From the NCBI GenBank assembly GCA_951406725.2, contig OX597842.1, forward strand, positions 29,698,001 to 29,762,000: a stretch of DNA of 64,000 nt. Direction: 5' to 3'. The notes under the pieces are model-generated. The model had not been told where the DNA came from, did not search any database, and worked only from the letters and a program-made list of their open reading frames with translations. The translations under genes and the position numbers were made by a program. This document shows, piece after piece, positions 11,002-23,574 of this stretch; the first letter of the stretch is position 1; each line of letters begins with the position of its first letter. This stretch comes from Octopus vulgaris. Taxonomy: Eukaryota.

Positions 11002-14000
11002 GCGGCTGTAATGTATATATAGGTTTTTATGCGTTTAATTGAACACGAGTGTATATTTAATGTAATTGTTAAGTGAATGTCTGTGATGTTTTATGTTTTT
11101 TTCTTCCTTTCAGCCGTAAAATTGATGCAGTGGCCTCCTTAGTTTCCAGGGGAGCAAATGTTAATAAGCAGGACTCAGACGGCAACACACCTCTACATCT
11201 GGCTGTGTGGAACAACTATGAAGATGTAGTCAAAGTCCTGTTAAGTAGCAAAGGAAATAACATTTTACAGGTTAGCGAATACATTTATATTTGTGTATAT
11301 AGATATGTATATATATGTATGTGTGTGTTATATGTATATGATGTATACATACAGTTTAGTGCCCCAAATTTCGTTTCTTCATAACTGATGAATCATATTT
11401 TTTTTAATAAAAGTTGCTGCAAGACTTCCTTTTCTACCCCACAAAAAAACTCACCCTTTCTTTAAATTTTTTTCCCCGACACAAATCCCGCTTTTCGGTT
11501 AAGGGAAATACGAATCTGCAAAAAAATTGGCAAAAATCGGCATTTTTAAATTACCCCCACCCCCATTTCCTTCATTCTTTACTTTTTTCACAATTTTTTT
11601 TTCAGAATTTGCGGAAAAATGCGGAGATGATGATTCGGACAAAAATTTCAAAACATTTCTGTAGTTGGGGTTAGGGTTAGTGTTGGGGGAAAAAAAGTCA
11701 AAGTTGAAGAATTTTGGAGGGGGTGGAAATTCCACTGCCGATTTTTTTGCAATTTTCCCGAACCTCCGAGTCCGAAATCGGGGGGTTTTGGCAAAATAAT
11801 TCTTTGAATAAGCAAATTTAGGTGAAAATGGTGGTGGTGGTGGTGGGGGGACTCTTTTGAAAGTTGCTCATTTCCTTGTGTGAGAGTGTATATATATATA
11901 TATGTGAGAGTGTATATATATATATGTGTGTGTGTTTATATGTATATATGTGTGTGTCTGTGGGTACAGGTATGATATGAACCTCATTTATTTACTCCTC
12001 TCCAACTTCATTCCACCTGTTTATTAATCTGATTCTTTCTCTTTTTTTGAAATTTTTCATTTTTGCGATGCCCCCCCCCCCATCCACTTGACGCCATCTT
12101 TAATGTTTTTATTGTTTATCTTTTTTAGGTCACTCAGCGAAATAATAATGGTCGGACACCTCTACATCTTGCCTCGTATTATGGACACACAGACACAGCT
12201 AAACTTCTCCTACAACAAGATGGCACTGATGTGAGGGTGGTGACCAAATATGGTTCGACACCTCTCCATCTTGCCTGTCAGAATGGACACACAGACACAG
12301 CTAAACTCCTCCTACAACAAGATGGCGCTGATGTGAGGGTGGTGACCAAATATGGTTGCACACCTCTACATCAGGCCTCGTATAATGGACACACAGACAC
12401 AGCTAAACTTCTCCTACAACAGAATGGCACTGATGTGAGGGTGGTGGACAACGCTGGTTGGACACCTCTCCATCTTGCCTCGTATAATGGACACACAGAC
12501 ACAGCTAAACTTCTCCTACAACAAGATGGCACTGATGTGAGGGTGGTGGACAACGATGGTTGGACACCTCTCCATCTTGCCTCGTATAATGGACACACAG
12601 ACACAGCTAAACTTCTCCTACAACAAGATGGCGCTGATGTGAGGGTGGTGACCAACGATGGTTGGACACCTCTACATCTTGCCTGTCAGAATGGACACAC
12701 AGACACAGCTAAACTTCTCCTACAACAAGATGGCACTGATGTGAGGGTGGTGGACAACGCTGGTTGGACACCTCTACATCATGCCTCACGTAATGGACAC
12801 ACAGACACAGCTAAACTTCTCCTACAACAAGATGGCGCTGATGTGAGGGTGGTGGACAACGATGGTTGGACACCTCTACATCATGCCTCGTATAATGGAC
12901 ACACAGACACAGCTAAACTCCTCCTACAACAAGAATGGCACTGATGTGAGGGTGGTGAACAACGATGGTTGGACACCTCTACATCTTGCCTCGTATAATG
13001 GACACACAGACACAGCTAAACTTCTCCTACAACAAGATGGCGCTGATGTGAGGGTGGTGACCAACGATGGTTGGACACCTCTACATCTTGCCTCGTATAA
13101 TGGACACACAGACACAGCTAAACTTCTCCTACAACAGAATGGCACTGATGTGAGGGTGGTGAACAACGATGGTCATACACCTCTCCATCTTGCCTCGTAT
13201 AATGGACACACAGACACAGCTAAACTCCTCCTACAACAGAATGGCACTGATGTGAGGGTGGTGGACAACAGTGGTCATACACCTCTCCATCTTGCCTCGT
13301 ATAATGGACACACAGACACAGCTAAACTTCTCCTACAACAGAATGGCACTGATGTGAGGGTGGTGGACAACGCTGGTTGGACACCTCTACATCATGCCTC
13401 TAATCAAGGACACACAGACACAGCTAAACTCCTCCTACAACAGAATGGCACTGATGTGAGGGTGGTGGACAACGATGGTTGGACACCTCTACATCATGCC
13501 TCTAATCAAGGACACACAGACACAGCTAAACTTCTCCTACAACAAAATGGCATCGATGCCAATAAAGCGGACAATGATGGTGACACTCCTCTCCATCTGG
13601 CAGTTCAAGAGTAAGTCCCCAATGGATTTGGATTATCCAAATCTGTTTCTTTAATGTTTTCAATAACGTTTGTTTTCTTGTTTTGAGTCATTCATGTCAT
13701 AATCCCACCATGGGACGTCGTGCTTCAACTCTCTCTCTCACACTCTAATGACACTGTAACCTACTTCATTAATTAATCATCATAATTATTATTGTTGCTG
13801 TTGTTACCTGACTAGATTCTTTACTTCATCTCATCCTTCGTTACCTCAACGTTACAAGTTCAAATCTTTCCTTTTCTTCTTTTCATTCCATATAAAACAC
13901 CTCACCCCCTCTCTCTTGTAATTTTCCTCTTTCCTCTGACCCTGGGCTAAATACAGAATCATTCCCTTACAGTGTTTAGTTTGATCTCTTTATGTTCCAA

Positions 14001-14917
14001 GTTCAAATCCTGCCAGAGTATTTATTAACAACCTGGAGTGAAAATCTGTACCAGTAATATCCAGGGGTTCATTTAATAAATTGTCCTCCCTCTTTTCTCC
14101 TGTTTTTGTGTCTGATTGCTGTTGGGCAAAATACCTTGTGGTGTTTATTTACCATACTTTATGTTCAGAGTTCAAATCCCGCTGAGGTCACCTTGTCCTT
14201 CCATCTTTGCTAGGCTAATAAAATACAATACCAGTCATGTACTGGGGTCCTTATAATCCACATTAACGCTTCTCCCCATCCTAAATTTCATGGCTATATA
14301 ACAGTTGTTCATCATACCATATATAGATTGCCGTGTTTACTCAGGTGTGTATATATATCGTTGATCTATAATGTAGAGAGTATATTGAATATACAAGGGG
14401 GTACCCAAAAGTGGCCGGAAACGTTTCTGTAGGGCAAGGCCATTGAAGTTCAGGCTTCTGCTGCTAGAAGCCACTTGATGCGATACTCAGGCATCAGCCT
14501 GCCAAGCGGCATCTTTGAGGATGGTGCTGTTACCATGTGGTGCATCTTTGTTTTGTAGGGCTTCTCCCCTGTTCGAGTTTTGCAATGGCTGAAATGAAGG
14601 ATCAGCTTGCTTCCATGAAATTCTGTTTTGTGCTGGAGAAAACTGCAGCCGAAACAGTTGTCATGCTTCAAACAGTTTACGAGGACACTGCCATGATGCC
14701 ACGAGCAAAACACAAAATCACGAGTGGTTTTCATGCTTTTTAAATGGTCACTTGTCACTTGAGGTCCAACCTCATTCAGGGCAGTTCCAGCACTGCTACA
14801 AATAGTGGGAAACATGTCTGGGTCGACGCATTGCTTCAAATGTGGACTACTTTGACGGTGATAAAACTAAGCAAAGAAAGTAATATTGCAAAATTCTGGG
14901 TCCTTCTGGGTCCCCAC

Positions 14918-14957
<40 letters not shown>

Positions 14958-15196
14958 TATTTATATTAAAGGGTAAAATCATAAATGATTTTTACCAAGT
15001 GGTCAGCGCGGAAATATAACCACATAGGTAAATTTTTATAAACAATTTATAATTATATACATAATTATAACAAGGGCTTGGCTTGCTCCTCACCACGTAC
15101 TGAAAAATAGACATCAAAAGACACTATTGCCACCATTAATTCTCCGAGAAAAACACAGTACAAGTCTTATAATTATGTATATAATTGTATAATGTT

Positions 15197-15229
<33 letters not shown>

Positions 15230-16397
15230 ATATGTAGGATCCAAGGATTGAGACGTAGGAAGGTGAGCTTTCAGGAACAAAAGGGGTTTATTGGGGTGCA
15301 AGGTTGTTGGTTTTTCCCTTACCGCATCTTCTGTGTTTGAACATGTGCCTCCTATTGACAGTGTAAACTTCATTTAATCAAGACACCCTTGGTCTGAAGA
15401 GTGGCCTGTGGTATACACCTCGTTTGGATATTTACCAGTTCTGATGTTCCACCTGCTTTGAAACATACGTAGCCCAGATTTTATCTTAACTCATATATAT
15501 ATATACACACATGTATAATGTGTATTTGTGTGTATGTAATTATTGATGTAATTAGGTTATAATGACCTAATTACATTTGTTTTCATTGGTTAATCTAATA
15601 ATAATAATTGTTTTTCCTCTCCTCTTTGTATAACTTTCAGGCAACAATATGGTGTGGTATCGTTGATGCTGGCCCAGGTTAGTTAACAAATACATATTAT
15701 ATGCTCTCTCTAGTATTCAATATTTATATCATCAAAATACCAGTGAAATTCTGGGGGCAGATTTAATCAACTGCACTGCAGCAGCCTTTAATTAGCAGGT
15801 CTTGGGTCTGTGAAGAATAATTATGTTGGTAATAACAATGATGATAGTAGTAGTGGAGATGACAGTCCAACTGACCACCGCGGCTGATAGTACTATCTTT
15901 AATGGTCAGACAAAACAAGATCATTATGAATTCAACCCATATATATCAGATCATATATATCATCATCAACCACTCTGCCATATGCCCGTGGGCATATGGC
16001 ATAGTGGTTAATAGTTCAGGCTACTAACCCCAAGATTCCGAGTTCAGTTCTAGGCAGTGACTTGAATAATAATAATAATAATAATAATAATATTAATAAC
16101 AACATTGAAAAATACCTTTGGAATGAGAACATAGGTTCGAAATTTCCTCAAGACACCTGACAAAGGCTGGAGGGTATATCAGCCGAAACATTGTGTTAAC
16201 AACAAACAAGATGAGGACAAATATCCATCAAATGTCAATAATGTAAATAATGATGATGATCATCTTTTAATGGCTGTCTCTCATGTTGTGTGTGTGTGTG
16301 TGTGTTATGTGTAAATTGTTGGTGTCTGCATTTTATCTTGTGTCCAATAATTTATTTGGCTTCTTGGCTGCTTTTTCCCTCTGCACGTATGTATAAA

Positions 16398-16458
<61 letters not shown>

Positions 16459-19400
16459 ATGTATATATATATATGTATATATGTGTGTGTGTGTGTATGT
16501 ATATATATATATGTATATATGTGTGTGTGTGTGTGTGTGTGTATGTATATATATATATGTATACCCAGAAAGAGAGTTACTCTTGTCAGACACATTGCAC
16601 ATTCAGATTATGTAGCAGAGATAAGTTAAAGGTCCTTGTCCCCAGCAACAAAGCTAAATGAGAGCATGCTGCAATCAGTCCCTATTGCTTCGTTAATCCA
16701 TTATCATCAGTACATGATGAATCAAATTCCTTTTTCCTCTCTCCCTGCCTAACTCAACGGATTAACTACCCTTACTGTATTTGTCTACCTAACTTATTTA
16801 CCTGTATTTGTATTAACATGGCTTTGCATGAATGCCAGGATGCAACACCCTCCACTGTTGGTGGTGACAATACCTGATTAACTCCTCTTTACAGGTATCC
16901 ATACTAACACCTCTGTGCTAATGCCAGCACAACACCCATGTCCAGTGGTGTTAGCAAGCGTTACATGAATGATGCAGGATTAAATGCAAGGACAACTGCT
17001 AATGACATGCTGGCAGGCAAATGCTAATAACAACCTTTTCAGACGCTGATAGCTGCAGCCAATGTAGACACAGCACTGTCAATGTAAGCACATGCAACAA
17101 GTATCTCGTCTTATGTGCACCCCACCCCCCCAAAAAAAAAACTGCCCCTAGAAGGTCTGTCAAATGAACTGAAGGGCTACTTCTATGACACTCTTCTGCT
17201 GGCCACTTCAAAGATAAATGACCATGACCTTCGTGGTTGGTGATTTCAATGGACGTGTTGGGCAGTACCCAGGTATCTTCCATGGGCTACATGGTGGGAC
17301 ACAGAATTGTGGGAACAAAAACCATAGCCACCATGTACACCATGGAAGTCCCCTGCGTGTTGTCCAACGTGCCCATTGAAGTCGCCAGCCACAAAGAGAA
17401 GGTCCCTGTCATTCATTGACGAGGTAGTCTGCAAGAGGGTGTCATAAAATCAGTCTTTCTGTTCATCATGTAGCCCTGGCTGAGGGTCATAAACCGAGAT
17501 AATGGTTGCTAATCCATGTTGCAGCACTAATCTAAACTTAAGTATTCCATCACAGACTCTGACTATCTCGATTACCTTATCAGCCCATTTCTCTGCCCCC
17601 GACTCCATCAGTGTTCCCTACTCAGAAAATCTTATACTTATGTTCTTTGCCTGTGAAGAACTTAGCAGAACTTCCTCTCCACCTTCTTGGATGCAGCACA
17701 AATCTACATGTCTCTGTTCAAGCATGTTAACAATATCACCAGACCTACCTTTCAGTGTGCCGACGTTGAGAGTACTAACTCTGAGGGTGTTGAAGGTATG
17801 GGTCCACGAGACCCTGGGATGGGGGACAGCAGCATCATGTACCTGAAAAGAAAGCTTGCATTTGGCAGAACCCATAAACATACAATAGTCTTCAACCTGC
17901 AAACACTACACCATCATTTTATGCACTACATCATCACTACATTACATAGGAGATAAACCCTATATATATAAATATATGTATTTTTTAATAATATATTATT
18001 ATTATTAATATAAGTAAATCAATATCGAATTTTTCACTAAGATATACCCATATGAAACACCATTTTACAATTTTAATTCAAATTTTTATATAAAAATATC
18101 ATTCGATACATTATTCAATATTCATATTTTATATCTCTGAAGAGGAGAAGGGTTGTCCATAAGTGCTTATCAACATAGGACTTCATTATAGAATCAACCC
18201 TTTTGCGAAACGATTGTAAGATGCTTAAAACTTAATTCAAAACTTTTAAACTTTCAAATTTATTTTATACATCATATTTATATTTTTTAATATTTATTTA
18301 TTTATTTATATACATTTTTAATACATAAAGTCTTTCATATGGGTATATCTTTGTGAAAAATTCGATATTGATTTCCTTATATTAATAATAATAATATATT
18401 ATTAAAAAATATATGTATATATCGCTCATATTATATATATAAATACTTTAATAGTATTAATATTATTTTATACAATGGAACACTTAATATAAATTCAGTA
18501 TATAATATTATTGAATATATTGTTACGGTTGGCTAAGTGCATTTCGGGTTTAATTAGTGTAGTGTTTCTGGTGACCCACATCGTGGATATGGTTCCAGTA
18601 TGTCTGGTGAAAATGTGACAGTCTTTTGTCTAATGGAGGACTAATGGGTTTTGAATGACCTGTGACCTCGTGCGGCTGAGAAGAGGGTCAGGAGAATGTG
18701 AAAGAAAAGGGACAGATTAAGGGCTGAGAGCAAATAGAGATAGAGTATAAGCAGTAAGGGACGGATGGAGAGGCTAAGAGTCTGGCAGGCGATAGCGATA
18801 GAGTAAGAGCAGAGGGCAAATAGAAAGGATAAGCAGTAAGGGACAGATAGAGAGGCTAAGGGATTGAGGCGATATAGATAGAGTAAGGAATCAGAGAGCA
18901 GTTAGAAAGGGTAGGAGCGATATAGACAGAGGGAGATGAGGGAGTGGAAGTCAGGACAAGGAAGTGAGGTTCTGGCAGTCGGTGAGCGGTCCTCGAAGAA
19001 GGCAGTGGGGAGTTGGTCGTCAGGAAGGACGGATCTGGGCAGTCGTTGAGCGGTCGTCAAGGAACACGGACGGACTCTGGAGGTCAGAGCGAGTGGATGG
19101 AACCTTGGATTTAAGGAACAAGCGTTGGAATTCTTAGGGGCAAGTTGGATGCGAGAAAGCTTGGCGGCACAGAAGGGAATTAGCAGTATTCAGAGGAATT
19201 AGCAGTATTGAGAGGAATGGGACACTGGCAGATTCAATTAGGAACTGAGGTATGTGTTTGTGCATTGATATGTGTCACGAGGTAAAGAGACTGTAAAAGA
19301 AAAGAAAGAGAGAGAAAAAGAAGGACTCTGTCGATGTGGTCGATAAAGGACATTGTGAAGAAGAAGAGTAAAGGACTTGTTATTTGTGATGTTTAGAAAA

Positions 19401-22400
19401 AGAGACTTTAGAGAACTGTGTCTTCGGACGTGTACCTTTGAAATACTGTATATGACTTGTTGCGTCTCCGGACTGATATATTGTTACATGATGATGTATT
19501 ATGTATTGAGTAGTCACGTGCATGCTTTGATGTATCTTGATGTTGTAACATTGTAATTGCCGTATAAACTGTTGTTTGAATATAAGCCAGTGTTGCCAGT
19601 TGTTGCCTTGCCTCTTTGGGTTGTATCTCGGGTTGTGCCTCTGTATCTCTGTGCTGAGGCTGGGGTTGTTGTTGTATCTGTATCTCCTCTCTCCGCCTCT
19701 TTGGGTTCCGTGGCGGAACTGGTGTGCGAGCTGTTCGGGACGAGCGACGACGGGCGATTCCGCTCCGTTCCGTAACAACTGGTGTCAGAAGTGGGATTGT
19801 TCTGATTGCTGCGTTTCGATCGGTTCTTTTTTTTCGCTATGGATTTGTCTGGTTGTCAGACCGGAGACGAGGAGATTTCGCTTGCCCTGATTGTGGAGAT
19901 GTTAAGGGGCCAGATCGCGCAGACGGACGCGCTCATGGAAAGAATGGACAAGAGGCGACGGGGCCTGTGGGCAGATCAGCAGGAGCCTGAGGTTGCGGAT
20001 GGGTCAGCTTTGGAGAATCAGTGTTGGACCGAGGATAGCGACGGTCCTGTGGGCAGAGATTGCCCGTCGAACGAAGCATCGAGGGAAACAGATAGTGAAG
20101 GAAGTGTTGCCGAAATCTGTGATGCTGGACCGGCTGTGTTTGCGGAACCTGGGTTGGTTGCCGAAATTTGTGACGCTGTACCCAAGAAATCTTGTGATTT
20201 GGAACCCGTAGAGGTTGAAGTAACCAAAAGGCCTGTGGAAGGTGTTATGGCTGATGCTGTTGTTCCGTGTCTGGAGCCCTTGGCATCTCGACCCCTGTCT
20301 CTCGGAGCTCAGGACGAAGAGCTGGCGAGGTCTGGGGCGAATGTCGCTGAGTCCGAGGTTCCGGCTCTGTGTGTGATGGTCGCGGCAGGTGCTATGCCGT
20401 GTGCGGGTCCTTTGGTGTCTGGACCCCTGTCCCCTGGGGCCCAGAGGGACTGTATGGTTCCCACTGTGGAGAGGCCACAGGCGCGGATGGACTGGCGGCC
20501 GGGCGTGTGTGTTGTGAGGCCTGCGGGACGGAAACTGGTGAGGAAACGGACCAGGCCCGTTGACGAGGCGAGACGGCTGCGAACGGTAGTGGGTCCACCG
20601 AGACCAGGAAGACTGCTTCAGCGTTGGGTGAGCTTTGTGGTTGATGGTTGCTTGGGGCCGGTGGAGCCCGACAGGCAGTGCCTAGTGAAAGCTCGATTGA
20701 GGGTCGGGTGGACCCTAGTGGAAGCAGAAGCTGGTGGAGCGCTGGCTGGGTCGGCCGATCTTTTGGAAGTGGCACAGGCGATTTGCAGAAGGCAAATCGA
20801 GGAATCGTGCCAGATGGTGAACCAGTGGTGGGGCCAGCTCTGCCGATACGGCAACGCAGTGGAAGGAGATGGTGGCCCACGGATGCAATTTAGGAAGCGG
20901 TCCGCAAGGAGTCGCTGGTGCTTTGTTGGCACTTGGGGGAGCGCTGTGCTCGATGGTTGCGTGGGGCCGGTGGAGCCCGACAGGCAGTGCAGAGTGGGAG
21001 CTCAATTGAGGGTCGGCTGGACCCTGGTGGAGGCAGAGGCTGACAGAGCGCTGGTTGGGTCGGCCGAGTTATTGAAGGCTGCGCAGGCGATCTGCAGAGG
21101 GCAAATCGTGGAACTGCGCCGGACGGTAAACCAGCGGCGGGGTCAGTGATGCAGTTAAAGGAGATCGTGGTCCGCTGATGCAGTTGCGGAAGAAGCAACC
21201 ATTGGTGAAGAGCGCAGGACGTTGGTCGCGAGGGTTGTTGGATGCTGGTCGCACGGACCGGGCAGAACGTTTCGTCGACCAAGGCGGTCGTCGCTTGAGG
21301 AAGCAGCGAGGCCGGAGGAAGGCCCCAGTACAGCAGCGCAAGAGGAGATATCGGCGACGGGGAGCATTGAAAGGACAGAATGGTCCCTGGTCGTCAGCGA
21401 TAATTGCGCGGAATGGGGATGGCACAGCGAGATGCTACGTGGGCTATAGAGCCCTGAGGAAGGTGGCCACTGTGAAGGATTGGCCGGACCCTTCCTGTGT
21501 GAGGGATTTGAGGAACTTCCTCGGACGGTGCGCCTATTGTGGGCGGCTAGTAGGAAGCCTGGCGGCATTGGCGGAGGTGTTACCCAAGCCGCAGAGGGAA
21601 GGTGCCAACCTGTGGCTGGTGCTGAAGTGGTGGCCGTGGGAGGTGAGACCCCCCCCGGAGGAGAAACCACCCAAGGGGACCCCCAGCCCCTGGAGAGTCT
21701 GCTGCTCGGAGGTGCGAGTTTTGTTATGCTTTGTCGGGTCGACAAAAGCTTAGGTAGGGGGTAGTGTTACGGTTGGCTAAGTGCATTTCGGGTTTAATTA
21801 GTGTAGTGTTTCTGGTGACCCACATCGTGGATATGGTTCCAGTATGTCTGGTGAAAATGTGACAGTCTTTTGTCTAATGGAGGACTAATGGGTTTTGAAT
21901 GACCTGTGACCTCGTGCGGCTGAGAAGAGGGTCAGGAGAATGTGAAAGAAAAGGGACAGATTAAGGGCTGAGAGCAAATAGAGATAGAGTATAAGCAGTA
22001 AGGGACAGATGGAGAGGCTAAGAGTCTGGCAGGCGATAGCGATAGAGTAAGAGCAGAGGGCAAATAGAAAGGATAAGCAGTAAGGGACAGATAGAGAGGC
22101 TAAGGGATTGAGGCGATATAGATAGAGTAAGGAATCAGAGAGCAGTTAGAAAGGGTAGGAGCGATATAGACAGAGGGAGATGAGGGAGTGGAAGTCAGGA
22201 CAAGGAAGTGAGGTTCTGGCAGTCGGTGAGCGGTCCTCGAAGAAGGCAGTGGGGAGTTGGTCGTCAGGAAGGACGGATCTGGGCAGTCGTTGAGCGGTCG
22301 TCGAGGAACACGGACGGACTCTGGAGGTCAGAGCGAGTGGATGGAACCTTGGATTTAAGGAACAAGCGTTGGAATTCTTAGGGGCAAGTTGGATGCGAGA

Positions 22401-23539
22401 AAGCTTGGCGGCACAGAAGGGAATTAGCAGTATTCAGAGGAATTAGCAGTATTGAGAGGAATGGGACACTGGCAGATTCAATTAGGAACTGAGGTATGTG
22501 ATTTGTGTATTGAACAGTCAAGGACTCTGTCGATGTGGTCGATAAAGGACATTGTGAAGAAGAAGAGTAAAGGACTTGTTATTTGTGATGTTTAGAAAAA
22601 GAGACTTTAGAGAACTGTGTCTTCGGACGTGTACCTTTGAAATACTGTATATGACTTGTTGCGTCTCCGGACTGATATATTGTTACATGATGATGTATTA
22701 TGTATTGAGTAGTCACGTGCATGCTTTGATGTATCTTGATGTTGTAACATTGTAATTGCCGTATAAACTGTTGTTTGAATATAAGCCAGTGTTGCCAGTT
22801 GTTGCCTTGCCTCTTTGGGTTGTATCTCGGGTTGTGCCTCTGTATCTCTGTGCTGAGGCTGGGGTTGTTGTTGTATCTGTATCTCCTCTCTCCGCCTCTT
22901 TGGGTTCCGTGGCGGAACTGGTGTGCGAGCCGTTCGGGACGAGCGACGACGGGCGATTCCGCTCCGTTCCGTAACAATATATATATATATGTATTGTATC
23001 ACCAATTATTATGACACGATACTGTTTACACTATAACCTTGTAGTAACAATAAAACATATTACGGATCAGGGTAACAACAACAATCCATACACAAACCAA
23101 CAAACAATGAAAACAACACCTTATGACTTCCTGCAATTAACACCTACTCTCTCTGGTCTCTCACTCAGACTGCTACTATTCATAGTCGTTCAGTCAAGTC
23201 TGTTCTTGCATGGGTTCTTGTGACTCTCGCCACAACATGTAATCGAGTCCAGGACTTATTCTTTGTAAGCCTAGTACTTATTCTGTTGATCCTTTTTGCC
23301 AAATCGCTAGCTTACAGGGATGTAAACACACCAGCATTGATTGTTAAGCGATGTTGGGAGGACAAACACACACACACATATACGATGGGCTTCTTTCAGT
23401 TTTTGTCTACCAAATCCACTCACAAGGCTTTGGTCAGCCCGAGATAATAGTACAAGACACTTGCTCAAGGTGCTATGCAGTGGAACTAAACCCGGAATCA
23501 TGTGGTTTGTAAGCAAGCTATTTACCATAGCCACTCTTG

Positions 23540-23574
<35 letters not shown>

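Larger units (their letters stand above)
18521..22976 (+). mobile_element. Young non-autonomous Ty3/Gypsy-derived LTR retrotransposon in intron 5
   Basis: LTRs at 18521-19777 and 21765-22976 (TGTTACGG...CCGTAACA). PBS TGGTGTCAGAAGTGGGATT at 19780-19798 is complementary to the tRNA-Leu 3' end. PPT at 21752-21764; ATAT target duplication. Confidence 0.95.

Noticed and set aside
12129-13610. CRISPR-like array (constant blocks alternating with variable blocks)
   Set aside because: It is in-frame ankyrin coding sequence in a eukaryotic exon; the variable parts are homologous to each other and there are no cas genes.
12231-13614. Two separate ankyrin genes (ORFs 12231-12944 and 12862-13614)
   Set aside because: They are one exon split by a single extra base; the splice sites and phases bracket the whole array.
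15391-15474. Hammerhead CTGAAGA...GAAA-catacg-TA
   Set aside because: The core is present but the base of stem II does not pair; counted only as degenerate and not annotated as an RNA feature.
19380-23014. Duplicated 132-aa and related ORFs at 19380-19890 and 22579-23014
   Set aside because: They lie within the LTRs and are duplicated for that reason; no recognisable domains.
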